From the IMG/VR virus record IMGVR_UViG_3300010370_000029, positions 23,474-87,473 of that record: DNA of 64,000 bases; one strand, 5' to 3'. Both the position numbers and the translations under genes were made by a program. The notes beneath the pieces were generated by a model. It was given only the letters and a program-made list of their open reading frames with translations. It did not search any database and had not been told where the DNA came from. Shown in pieces: positions 44,964 through 54,156 of the stretch (the first letter of the stretch is position 1; the number at the start of each line of letters is the position of its first letter). The DNA comes from a virus.

Positions 44964-46535
44964 ATGCGAAAGCTCCTAAAAGAATTCTTATCATACATTC
45001 GAGAAGAAAAAGTAGAACGTAAGCCTGGCACCGCTTGGCAAACGGCAGGTGGTATTTGGTATGGAAAAAATACCTCTGGGGAAACTCTAAAGACGGGTCG
45101 CGGGGAAACTGCAAAGGCAGCGGCTGAACGATTTGCAAAAGGTCTTGCTGCTCCAACTCAGGCCAAGGGGGAAGAACCCTCTACTGATAAAAAGGCGACG
45201 GCGGCTACCACACAGCCGACCACGACAAAAGTTGCGCAACCGCAACCTACGGCAAAGCCGGACGTACCACAAAGTCAAGAAGTTCCGATGTCCAACGCTC
45301 CCGGTAATATTCCCCCAAAGCCACTAACCAAGGGGTCTGCTGCCCGTGATGAGCAAATCTTAAAAGATACAGAAGTTGCGATGGAATCACGTGGATTTGA
45401 TAGTCCTGATGAATCTACACGGTTCCAAACATTTACCAAATTGTGGAGAGCCTTTCTTGGTGCCCCATCATACGAAGAACAAGTTAACGCAGTCAGAGAA
45501 ATGGCGAACTTGAAGATGATTGAGGGTGGAGCAAGTGGTAAAAAGATTTATATGACTCCTACCACCGGACTTACTCCAAAACATATGTGTGGACAAGCCG
45601 GAACCGCAGTCACCAAGCTAATGAGTCAAATTATCGCAGACGAAGGTATTGAAATTGGTATGCGTGGAAACGCTGCGGATAGAGCATTAGCAGATTTAAG
45701 TGGTAAGCATAATGAAGCAGGGGTAGCCGCACATTTATTCCCCAGTAAAGAAAATGAAGATGCGTATAAGAGCGTCGAAAGTAGATATAGTCAACTAGGC
45801 GGTGATGCTAAGGCAGCGGATGAACGTAACAAGCTTGCGGCGCAGGCTGTTCGTAATGCATTACCCCAAGGTGCAAAGATTACTAATTGTCTGCAAGTCG
45901 GAGGTGTAGGTAAAACTCGTTTGAAAGAATTGGGTATTGACCCAAAAACCGACCCAACGGATATTTTATTAGATTATGAAGTTGGTGGTAAGAAGGGTAT
46001 TATGAAAATCTCGGCAAAGATTTATACCGACCCACGCAACATCACAATGAAAAATTCTGGCGTTAAGAAAGCTGGTGTGGACTATTTAGGAGAACCAGAA
46101 GGTGGTGCTATTGACCGAGCATGGCCTGATATGTTACGAAAGTATAAGTGGACTCCCGATACTCCAGACGAAGAAAAGGTAAAGTTAAAGTCAGCATTAA
46201 AGCAAGAATATCTTAAAAAGTACGCTGGAGAGATGGAAAAGCTTGCTAATACAAATGAAGGTCAAAAGCGTTTATTAAAAATGTGGAGAGCAGTTCACGG
46301 GTGTGGTAAAAACGTCCACACTTTAGTTATCAATAAATCTACAAACCAATCAGAGCTAAAGTCTCCATCACATTATTGCGAACCAAAGATTCCATTCAAA
46401 GTAAAATACGATGGAGTAAAGGTAGTGATTGAGATGAATACCGGTGGTCCACAGACATTACAAATTGATTTAAAGACTGAGGATAAGGGCAGTCCGAAAT
46501 TATTGTTTAGACATATTGTAAGAGACAAAAAGTAA
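44964..46535 (+). CDS. hypothetical protein, possible restriction-endonuclease-fold C-terminal domain
   Basis: LLKE..IREE N-terminus, P/T/Q-rich linker, G..NE ... TDI ... ISAK pattern. Confidence 0.55.
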   Translation: MRKLLKEFLSYIREEKVERKPGTAWQTAGGIWYGKNTSGETLKTGRGETAKAAAERFAKGLAAPTQAKGEEPSTDKKATAATTQPTTTKVAQPQPTAKPDVPQSQEVPMSNAPGNIPPKPLTKGSAARDEQILKDTEVAMESRGFDSPDESTRFQTFTKLWRAFLGAPSYEEQVNAVREMANLKMIEGGASGKKIYMTPTTGLTPKHMCGQAGTAVTKLMSQIIADEGIEIGMRGNAADRALADLSGKHNEAGVAAHLFPSKENEDAYKSVESRYSQLGGDAKAADERNKLAAQAVRNALPQGAKITNCLQVGGVGKTRLKELGIDPKTDPTDILLDYEVGGKKGIMKISAKIYTDPRNITMKNSGVKKAGVDYLGEPEGGAIDRAWPDMLRKYKWTPDTPDEEKVKLKSALKQEYLKKYAGEMEKLANTNEGQKRLLKMWRAVHGCGKNVHTLVINKSTNQSELKSPSHYCEPKIPFKVKYDGVKVVIEMNTGGPQTLQIDLKTEDKGSPKLLFRHIVRDKK

Positions 46536-46771
46536 TGGAAATTAAAAAAGAAATATTCAAGCGAGTCCCGCCGGGTGATCGGTGGGTAGCAGTTGACATC
46601 CCCGATGGATTGGTTTATACTCCATTAACAGAAGCCTTAGAGGCACATTTTCAACAGCACGGAACACGACAATTTTATATTGACGCGGTAGCAGGATATA
46701 TTTATAAGGTAGACACCGCTCCAGACCCGGCGCCGGTAGTCAAACAATTTTCGATTTACGGGGATTATTAA
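46535..46771 (+). CDS. hypothetical protein
   Basis: TAATG coupling. Confidence 0.6.
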   Translation: MEIKKEIFKRVPPGDRWVAVDIPDGLVYTPLTEALEAHFQQHGTRQFYIDAVAGYIYKVDTAPDPAPVVKQFSIYGDY

Positions 46772-46773
46772 AA

Positions 46774-47622
46774 ATGAATATAATGGTTACGGGTGGAGCA
46801 GGATTCATTGGTACTAACTTAATTAAAAGATTACTCCGCGACGGGCATACAATAATCTCCGTTGACAATTATGATAGTGGATTGAAGAATAACGAACAGA
46901 CTGGGGCTGCCTACGTAGCCGCAGATATAACCGATATCGTACGGTTAACATCAATAAAAGTTGATTTGTGTTATCATCTGGCAGCACTATCACGCATTCA
47001 ACCATCATTTAAAAATCCATCAGAAACCTTCCGCGTCAATGTCAAAGGAACGGAAGCGGTGGCTGAATGGTGCCGCATCAATAATACAAAGTTAGTATAT
47101 GCTGGGTCATCCTCTCGTTGGCATAATCCATACCAGTCCCCCTATGCGATGTACAAGCATTTGGGAGAAGAAGTTCTAAAGATGTATAGAACTATTTACA
47201 AGACTAATTTTGAAATCGCTAGGTTCTACAATGTCTATGGTCCGCATGAAATTGTGGATGGAGACTGGGCAGCTGTAATTGGTATCTGGCGCCGTCAAGT
47301 CCGCGATGGATTGCCAATCACAATTGTCGGTGATGGAGAACAACGGCGTGATTTTACACACGTTGATGATATTGTTGATGGTCTAGTTCGTATTGGTATG
47401 TACGATGAACATCATACCGATGCATGGGAGTTGGGAACTGGAATGAACTATTCGATTAACGAAGTATACGAAATGTTTAAACAACATTTTGGAGCTGAGA
47501 AAGTCCACATTGCCGACCAACCCGGTAACTATAGACAAACATTACGAGAGAATGATGATTCATTAACACGGTTGAATTGGAAACCGTCTGATAAACTTAG
47601 GGAGTACATCAATAGTCTATGA
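46774..47622 (+). CDS. NAD-dependent sugar epimerase/dehydratase
   Basis: GGAGFIG, HLAA, YAMYK, RFYNVYGP, GDGEQRRDF. Confidence 0.92.
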   Translation: MNIMVTGGAGFIGTNLIKRLLRDGHTIISVDNYDSGLKNNEQTGAAYVAADITDIVRLTSIKVDLCYHLAALSRIQPSFKNPSETFRVNVKGTEAVAEWCRINNTKLVYAGSSSRWHNPYQSPYAMYKHLGEEVLKMYRTIYKTNFEIARFYNVYGPHEIVDGDWAAVIGIWRRQVRDGLPITIVGDGEQRRDFTHVDDIVDGLVRIGMYDEHHTDAWELGTGMNYSINEVYEMFKQHFGAEKVHIADQPGNYRQTLRENDDSLTRLNWKPSDKLREYINSL

Positions 47623-48587
47623 AAATTTTAGTAACAGGCGGAAACGGGTTCATTGGTAGTAATTTTATAGAATATATTTTAGAGAATACGGATATGGAGG
47701 TCATTAATATAGACCTCTTGACGTATGCGGGTGTCTCTCCACATCCTAAATCATCCAGATATACTTTCTATCAGATGGACATTGCCTATGATGAAGTATA
47801 TGACCTCCTCGTAAAGCACCAGCCAGATTATATTGTAAACTTTGCAGCGGAAACTCACGTTGACCGCTCAATTGAATTTCCCGATGCGTTTGTTCAAACG
47901 AATGTATTTGGAACCTATAATTTATTGCGGTGTTTATTAAAGTACCACAAGACTAATAAATTTAAATTCATACATATTTCAACTGATGAAGTCTTTGGTC
48001 AATTAAAATTAAACGATACGCCGTTTTCCGAAAAGACTCCATATTCGCCTAACAGTCCATATTCCGCTACGAAGGCATCAGCCGACCACTTGGTACGCGC
48101 GTTTCACCATACTTACGGACTTCCGGCGATTGTTACGAATTGTTCAAACAACTACGGCCCACGGCAGTTTCCAGAGAAGTTCATTCCCGTGGTTATCTTG
48201 AACGCTTATATGGACAAGCGTATTCCTGTTTATGGGTCTGGTTTTAATGTAAGAGATTGGTTACACGTAACTGACCACTGTAATGCTATTCTACGTGTTT
48301 TAGAGAGTGGTAAAATTGGTGATACGTATGTCATCGGCGGTGAATCCGAACGTACTAACATTGATGTAGCCCGACATATCTTGACGATTATGAGAAAGCC
48401 AATTTCGTTAATAGACCACGTGTTGGATAGAAAAGGACACGACTTCAGATATGCAGTTGACATTTGCCACATCAAGCACGAATTGGGATGGAGGCCTTCA
48501 ATTAAATTTCAAGATGGGTTAGTAAAAACTATTGATTGGTACTTAAACAATATGGAGTGGGTAAGGTCATGCGTAAACTTGGGATAA
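47619..48587 (+). CDS. rmlB: dTDP-glucose 4,6-dehydratase
   Basis: GGNGFIG, FAAETHVDRSI, HISTDEV, YSATK, NCSNNYGP, RKGHDFRY. Confidence 0.95.
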   Translation: MKILVTGGNGFIGSNFIEYILENTDMEVINIDLLTYAGVSPHPKSSRYTFYQMDIAYDEVYDLLVKHQPDYIVNFAAETHVDRSIEFPDAFVQTNVFGTYNLLRCLLKYHKTNKFKFIHISTDEVFGQLKLNDTPFSEKTPYSPNSPYSATKASADHLVRAFHHTYGLPAIVTNCSNNYGPRQFPEKFIPVVILNAYMDKRIPVYGSGFNVRDWLHVTDHCNAILRVLESGKIGDTYVIGGESERTNIDVARHILTIMRKPISLIDHVLDRKGHDFRYAVDICHIKHELGWRPSIKFQDGLVKTIDWYLNNMEWVRSCVNLG

Positions 48588-49474
48588 TCTTAGCGGGTGG
48601 TAAGTCTACACGATTGTATCCATCCACGTTAGTTACCACAAAACAATTACTTCCTGTCTATGACAAGCCGTTGATTTATTATCCGTTGACCACATTGATG
48701 TTAGCGGGTATTCGTGATGTCATTATAATTTCTTCTACACATGAAAAGGAACGCTTTAAGGAATTATTCAGCAATTGTAAGACGGAGTTAGGGATTGATG
48801 TGACGGTATTGGAACAAAAGATACCACTTGGTATTGCCGATGCCTTTAATATTGTAAGAGAAGAGATGGGACATAAGTATGTCTCTAACTTTGACAGACA
48901 CGTGCTGATATTGGGAGATAATATATTCTACGGAGCAGGATTTAGTGACCAACTATTGCACGCTGGAAACAATATCAATGCGCATGTCTTTTTACATACG
49001 GTGTCCGATTCAGAACGATTTGGTGTTGCTGAACTTGGTGAAAATAATGTAGTGGTTCACGTAGAAGAGAAACCAAAATCACCTAGAAGTAATTTGGCAA
49101 TTACTGGACTTTACTTTTATCCTCCCGACGTATACGATAAGGTAAAACGTCTACACCCCTCAGCGCGTGGTGAATTAGAAATTACTGATGTAAACGAATT
49201 ATATCTACGTGAAGGAAAATTGTTCGCTACCAAGTTACAACGCGGAATGGTATGGTTTGACGCTGGAACTCCCGATGCCTTGTTAGAATCGTCTAACTTT
49301 ATTAAGTTTATTCAGTCCTATCAAAGTATTTTAATAGGAAGTCCTCACGAAATTTCTATTCGAAAAAAGTGGGTGACTCAACTGGATATAACTGGATTTC
49401 TTAGCGCATGCAAGAACACACAATACGGCAAATACCTAATTAACTTATTTGACAATGAAAGTAGAACACACTAA
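48569..49474 (+). CDS. rmlA: glucose-1-phosphate thymidylyltransferase
   Basis: GIILAGGKSTRLYP, KQLLPVYDKP, LGDN, EEKP, SARGELEITD, WFDAGT. Confidence 0.95.
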   Translation: MRKLGIILAGGKSTRLYPSTLVTTKQLLPVYDKPLIYYPLTTLMLAGIRDVIIISSTHEKERFKELFSNCKTELGIDVTVLEQKIPLGIADAFNIVREEMGHKYVSNFDRHVLILGDNIFYGAGFSDQLLHAGNNINAHVFLHTVSDSERFGVAELGENNVVVHVEEKPKSPRSNLAITGLYFYPPDVYDKVKRLHPSARGELEITDVNELYLREGKLFATKLQRGMVWFDAGTPDALLESSNFIKFIQSYQSILIGSPHEISIRKKWVTQLDITGFLSACKNTQYGKYLINLFDNESRTH

Positions 49475-49997
49475 ATTACCAGAAGTATATGTACTCCATC
49501 CGTCTGTTCATAACGACCTGCGGGGTATGTTTTTCGAAAGTTTCAATCTTAATAAGTTTTTAGAGTTGACTAACACCGATGTTACATTTGTGCAAGACAA
49601 TCAAAGTGTGTCCTATAAAAACGTTCTTCGTGGGCTGCACTATCAAAAACCAAACGGACAAGGCAAATTGGTACGAGTCACACATGGTTCGATATTTGAT
49701 GTTGCGGTAGATATACGAAAGGAGTCTCCAACATTTAAACAATGGGTAGGAGTAGAACTATCAGCTGATAATAAAAAACAATTATGGGTTCCCGATGGAT
49801 TCGCTCACGGATTTCTTGCATTAACTGATATGGTGACAGTGCAATACAAAGTCACAGAGTATTATAATAAAGCACATGAAAAGTCTATCAGATGGGATGA
49901 CCCTACCATAAACATAAAATGGCCATTATCGGATAACCCTATCTTATCAGAAAAAGATGCGGCCGCCCCTTTACTAAATGACATAGAGATGTTATAA
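49455..49997 (+). CDS. rmlC: dTDP-4-dehydrorhamnose 3,5-epimerase
   Basis: D.RG.F.E, QDNQS.S...LRGLHYQ, DVAVD.R, GFAHGF, LSEKD. Confidence 0.95.
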   Translation: MKVEHTKLPEVYVLHPSVHNDLRGMFFESFNLNKFLELTNTDVTFVQDNQSVSYKNVLRGLHYQKPNGQGKLVRVTHGSIFDVAVDIRKESPTFKQWVGVELSADNKKQLWVPDGFAHGFLALTDMVTVQYKVTEYYNKAHEKSIRWDDPTINIKWPLSDNPILSEKDAAAPLLNDIEML

Positions 49998-50012
49998 TAC
50001 TAGGATACGTAA

Positions 50013-50798
50013 ATGAAAGTTTTAATAGTTGGTAGTGGATGGATTGGAACAAGAATGCAAAATGAGTTGAATCGTCGTGGTCACACCATTACGATAAGCA
50101 CTCACACAAATGTATTTGACATTTTAGCACAAGAAGAATTTGATTGGGTTATAAATTGTGCAGGGGTTACTGGAATTCCTAACATAGATGCGTGTGAAAA
50201 GAACAAGTCAGAAACCTATCTAGGTAATGCAGTGTTTCCAATTCAATTACATCATATTGTAAGTAAGACCCGTGCTAGATTGGCCCACGTATCAAGTGGG
50301 TGCATCTATGAAGGGACCATTGATGATATCAACGCCTTACCTAACTTTTTTGGAAGTACATACTCCATTAGTAAAGGCATTTCCGATGCCTATTTAAAGG
50401 ACAAGGCACAAGTCTATCGTATTCGACTACCATTTACTGGTATTGATGAACCAAAGAATTTCCTTGCTAAAATTCTGAAGTATGCTAAGACTGGAAAGTT
50501 ATTCGATGGAGGTCACAACTCCATAACCGATTTAGACGAGGCAATTGAAGTGGCCTGTACCTTGATTGAAACGGATGCACCAAACGGCCCGTATAACTTG
50601 GTTAATCGTGGTTCTATTACTATGCATGAGATTGTTGATATGATTGGGGTTACGGCAAATTGGTATACCGAAGAAGAGTTTAAAAACGCTTCGGCAGCAT
50701 CTCGACCAAATTGTATAATCCCCTCACATCCAGCTATGAGTTCGGTTAAAGACGCACTACAAAAAGCATTATCCACATTACTTGAAAAGACAATTTAA
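50013..50798 (+). CDS. NDP-4-keto-6-deoxyhexose reductase (RmlD-like, plant NRS/ER subtype)
   Basis: G.GWIG, NCAGVTG.PNIDACE, SSGCIYE, PNFFGSTYS.SK, RIRLP, P.NF..KI. Confidence 0.85.
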   Translation: MKVLIVGSGWIGTRMQNELNRRGHTITISTHTNVFDILAQEEFDWVINCAGVTGIPNIDACEKNKSETYLGNAVFPIQLHHIVSKTRARLAHVSSGCIYEGTIDDINALPNFFGSTYSISKGISDAYLKDKAQVYRIRLPFTGIDEPKNFLAKILKYAKTGKLFDGGHNSITDLDEAIEVACTLIETDAPNGPYNLVNRGSITMHEIVDMIGVTANWYTEEEFKNASAASRPNCIIPSHPAMSSVKDALQKALSTLLEKTI

Positions 50799-50808
50799 GA
50801 GAGGTTGT

Positions 50809-51477
50809 ATGAAAGCAAAACTAGTTTCCTTTACAGTACCGTGTACGGAAGATTTACCATTAGATTCCGATGTATTGGACTTAATCGCATATTGTGCTCG
50901 GGTGAGTAATCCCAGCAATCAACAGAACACCGACACTTCTGATAAGTTGATTAAGTATCTGGTCAAGCATAAGCATTGGTCACCGTTCGAGATGGCAAAC
51001 GCCACTATTGAAATTGAGACGACCCGTGATATCGCTCGTCAGATTCTTCGTCATCGTTCGTTCACATTCCAAGAGTTCAGTCAGCGTTACGCCGACCCAG
51101 TGAAGGAATTGACGTTCGAGACGCGGGAGGCAAGACTCCAAGACCAAAAGAATCGTCAGAATTCTATTGAGACTGATGACACTCAATTACAAGAAATGTG
51201 GGAAAAGATGCAATGGGAACTTATTGAAAAGTCCAAGGGGCTGTATACGTGGGCCATCAGCCAAGGTATCGCAAAGGAAGTCGCTCGGGCAGTCTTACCC
51301 GAAGGTCTTACGATGTCCCGTATGTACGTAAATGGGACGATTCGTTCGTGGATTCACTATATCGATATCCGTTCCGATATGGCTACTCAAAAGGAACATC
51401 GGGACATCGCCTTGGCATGTGCAAAGGCAATTAGTGAAATCTTCCCGATGATTAACGATTTCGCACACAATGCCTAA
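50809..51477 (+). CDS. thyX: flavin-dependent thymidylate synthase
   Basis: HWSPFE, RQILRHRSFTFQEFSQRY, EVARAVLP, QKEHR. Confidence 0.95.
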   Translation: MKAKLVSFTVPCTEDLPLDSDVLDLIAYCARVSNPSNQQNTDTSDKLIKYLVKHKHWSPFEMANATIEIETTRDIARQILRHRSFTFQEFSQRYADPVKELTFETREARLQDQKNRQNSIETDDTQLQEMWEKMQWELIEKSKGLYTWAISQGIAKEVARAVLPEGLTMSRMYVNGTIRSWIHYIDIRSDMATQKEHRDIALACAKAISEIFPMINDFAHNA

Positions 51478-52126
51478 ACGAATTGGAGCTGGTAATAAAG
51501 GCGGTCGAGCACTCCCGATATCACGGGCGGAAATCGAACATGCCCAAGCCAACACCAAGAGTAATATGGAAGCCGCCCGATTCCTTGGGGTTGGGTTTGA
51601 ACGATACAAGCGATACGCCAAAATATACCAGCTCTTTGATTCTCATGCCAATCCCACAGGAATCGGTACTCCAAAAGGATTTGGTTCTAGAGCCAGTGTG
51701 GTCAAACTTAAAGATATCTTTGCGAATAAATACCCTGGGTATAATTTGGTTCGGTTGAAGAATCGAATGATTGCCAGAAACCTTCTACGAGAAGAATGTG
51801 CGTTATGTGGGTTTAAAGAAAAGCGTATCACCGATAGTAAGTCACCTTTATTAATCACATTTAAAAACGGTGTGAAGGATTTCGCCCAAAACAATCTTCA
51901 ATTATTATGTTATAATTGTTTATTCTTGACTACTGGCGCACCTACGGTAGCTCATAAAGGATATATAGAAAAGTCGTTTGGTGACCCCGAAAAGATACCT
52001 AAAGTCTGGCAGGTTGACCCAAGACCCGGCGATATGAAAGAGCTCGATGCGGACGAACCTGACAATACGGAAGATGGGTTTGATGACATCCGTGACGAAA
52101 TCATGCGAGAGCTTGGTCGAGAATAA
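51470..52126 (+). CDS. HTH + degenerate HNH-like zinc-finger protein
   Basis: SN.EAARFLGV, CALCG...NL.LLCYNC; the catalytic His appears to be absent. Confidence 0.6.
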   Translation: MPKRIGAGNKGGRALPISRAEIEHAQANTKSNMEAARFLGVGFERYKRYAKIYQLFDSHANPTGIGTPKGFGSRASVVKLKDIFANKYPGYNLVRLKNRMIARNLLREECALCGFKEKRITDSKSPLLITFKNGVKDFAQNNLQLLCYNCLFLTTGAPTVAHKGYIEKSFGDPEKIPKVWQVDPRPGDMKELDADEPDNTEDGFDDIRDEIMRELGRE

Positions 52127-52146
52127 TAGCTTATATTAAACCCCAC

Positions 52147-52175
52147 TTGACAATGCGGGGTGTATTCGTTATACT
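52147..52175 (+). promoter_or_regulatory. sigma70-type promoter
   Basis: TTGACA-17-TATACT. Confidence 0.75.
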
Positions 52176-52255
52176 ATATACATACCTCTGGTGACGGTGC
52201 ATTATCCGATAAGCGGGTACACCAACAGAGATAACATCCCTACAGGGAGATTAGT

Positions 52256-52405
52256 ATGACTAACACTGTTACGACCCCGAAGGCCACGAATACCCCGAAG
52301 AAGTCTGCTGGGTGGGGACGCGGCTGGCATCTGAAGAAGGAGTTTATCGCTCCTACGGGTGAGAAGTACAGCTTCGGTAAGCTCATCACTGTCGAGAGCA
52401 AGTAA
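52256..52405 (+). CDS. small basic protein (49 aa)
   Basis: GGGAG RBS; GWGRGWHLKKEF...G..Y..G. Confidence 0.65.
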   Translation: MTNTVTTPKATNTPKKSAGWGRGWHLKKEFIAPTGEKYSFGKLITVESK

Positions 52406-52470
52406 CACTTGACGGTTTCCAACATTCCGTTATATTTATTGTACCCACCTCAAATGTGACGGAGTGTTTT

Positions 52471-52644
52471 ATGGAATTCGTTGAAGAGCTAGTTGCCGAG
52501 CTATCTCTTTCAGAATTTCGGTCTACGGTTCAAAAAGTCTTTTTGGGAAACTGGAATGTCCAGATGTACTACGAAGCGATGGGACTTGATTGGGATGATG
52601 AGATAGAAGCAGCGGAGGCAAAAGAAAACGACGACCTGAACTAG
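52471..52644 (+). CDS. small acidic hypothetical protein
   Basis: GGAG RBS; upstream TTGACG-16-TATATT, with the -10 overlapping a TATTTAT motif. Confidence 0.55.
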   Translation: MEFVEELVAELSLSEFRSTVQKVFLGNWNVQMYYEAMGLDWDDEIEAAEAKENDDLN

Positions 52645-52655
52645 GTCGTCGTTTT
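52625..52655. terminator. bidirectional intrinsic terminator
   Basis: AAAACGACGACCT-GAACT-AGGTCGTCGTTTT between convergent genes. Confidence 0.85.
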
Positions 52656-52669
52656 TATTTTATATACTG

Positions 52670-53113
52670 TTATGTTGTACAACCACCAGTACTGGTTACT
52701 GTTCCCGAGGAGTTAGTACACCAATATGAACTAAAGTCTGTGAAGCAGTATACGTTAAAGTTTCCGCTACATGCTCCACCGCCACTACTATATAAGTTAC
52801 AACTACTAGCTAAAGCTCCGCAATTATTACTATAAACTGTTTGTGTAAACGAGTATGCTCCGCCACCACAATCTGATCCTGCCGTTCCACTACTGTCTAC
52901 ATAATACGTCCCCGTGTTACAACATTGGGTATACGAATACCATTCACTCATACTCGCGGGATTCGTCGAGGACGGCGGGGTAGAGCACCCACTATTTAAC
53001 GTAATATATCCACCATTTTCTGCGGTATCTAATGATATTTCTGCAGTAGAGGACCGTCCTAGTTCTCCATTAATTTGAGACATTGCGATTTGTCCTGATG
53101 CTGGTAACGTCAT
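52670..53113 (-). CDS. Cys/Gly/Ser-rich fibre-tip (adhesin-like) protein
   Basis: N-terminal LP.SG.I..S.I..E.G motif typical of phage fibre-associated proteins; about 10 Cys. Confidence 0.6.
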   Translation of the reverse strand: MTLPASGQIAMSQINGELGRSSTAEISLDTAENGGYITLNSGCSTPPSSTNPASMSEWYSYTQCCNTGTYYVDSSGTAGSDCGGGAYSFTQTVYSNNCGALASSCNLYSSGGGACSGNFNVYCFTDFSSYWCTNSSGTVTSTGGCTT

Positions 53114-53129
53114 AAGATTAACCCAGATA

Positions 53130-54134
53130 TTATGGTATTAGTTGTACAAACTGGTTTGTACTGGTGTATTCGCACGAGTTTGGTCCATATACAGCAGATG
53201 AAGTACATGGCGAAATACAACCTGTGTATGTTGCATCTCTAAAATATGCTGTGAGTGTTAGCTTATATCCTCCAGCTGGCATGGTATTGGCAAAAATTCT
53301 TCCTGTGAACGACAAAGCTCCACCCGATAAATCAATAGACTGACCATCTAAATTATTATTAGATGTATCTTTTAATTTATAAATAGGAAGAGAGGAGCCA
53401 GTTGGACTGAGTTCCGCTTGTTGAATGTATAACGTTCCAGCTCGATCACTTACGAAATTTGTGCTAAAATTAAATGTTATGTCGTTGTTTACCGTTCTAA
53501 TAAGACCTGTTTGTTGTGTGAAATTAAACGTTGGGTCTCCTGGTTGAAAATCATCCCATGCAAAATAACTAAAATCATAATCATAATTTATACTTGTATT
53601 TCTCTGGTTGGTTTTTCCAAAACATGCGTCACGTTGGAATGGCCCTGCGTTTGTAGTATTACCAACTGCTACTTGAATTTTATTACGCAATAATTCATTA
53701 ACCGCTGCTCCGGCATTTGTATAATACGAATTAAGTATAGACCCAGAATCTCCTGTGGCATAAAGTCTTGGGTCAGACGAACTAATAAATGTATCGGCCG
53801 GTCTGGTCAGCGGATTAGCAGGATGCACCACCCCAGAAATACTACTGGTGTATACGTTACTGAATACAAGATTAGACCCACTTGTAGTTAATGAGTCATA
53901 TGGGATAATAATACCTTTACTACCGTCTTCGTTTGATGAATCCATCTGCGCATACATTTCACTAGAAAGTATTGACTGAGAAGCCATCAATCCATTTCTC
54001 AATAGCGCAGCACTCGCGGACAGTGCTGAGGATGTTCCTGCATTTGCCCCAATATATCTTTTCTCGTAAAAATACGGAGAGCTACCTATAGCTGCGGTTG
54101 TATTCGGGTCAAAAACTGCATAAAATCTAGCCAT
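53130..54134 (-). CDS. putative virion structural protein
   Basis: S/T/N-rich, beta-rich C-terminal part; in the fibre operon; GAGG RBS. Confidence 0.55.
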   Translation of the reverse strand: MARFYAVFDPNTTAAIGSSPYFYEKRYIGANAGTSSALSASAALLRNGLMASQSILSSEMYAQMDSSNEDGSKGIIIPYDSLTTSGSNLVFSNVYTSSISGVVHPANPLTRPADTFISSSDPRLYATGDSGSILNSYYTNAGAAVNELLRNKIQVAVGNTTNAGPFQRDACFGKTNQRNTSINYDYDFSYFAWDDFQPGDPTFNFTQQTGLIRTVNNDITFNFSTNFVSDRAGTLYIQQAELSPTGSSLPIYKLKDTSNNNLDGQSIDLSGGALSFTGRIFANTMPAGGYKLTLTAYFRDATYTGCISPCTSSAVYGPNSCEYTSTNQFVQLIP

Positions 54135-54156
54135 AATAATTCCTCAAATATATTTG

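Noticed and set aside
52190-52243. Fluoride riboswitch resemblance (GGTGACGGTG...CCTAC)
   Set aside because: P1 would need two G-U pairs, conserved positions deviate, a stronger alternative stem exists, and the downstream gene is unrelated to fluoride
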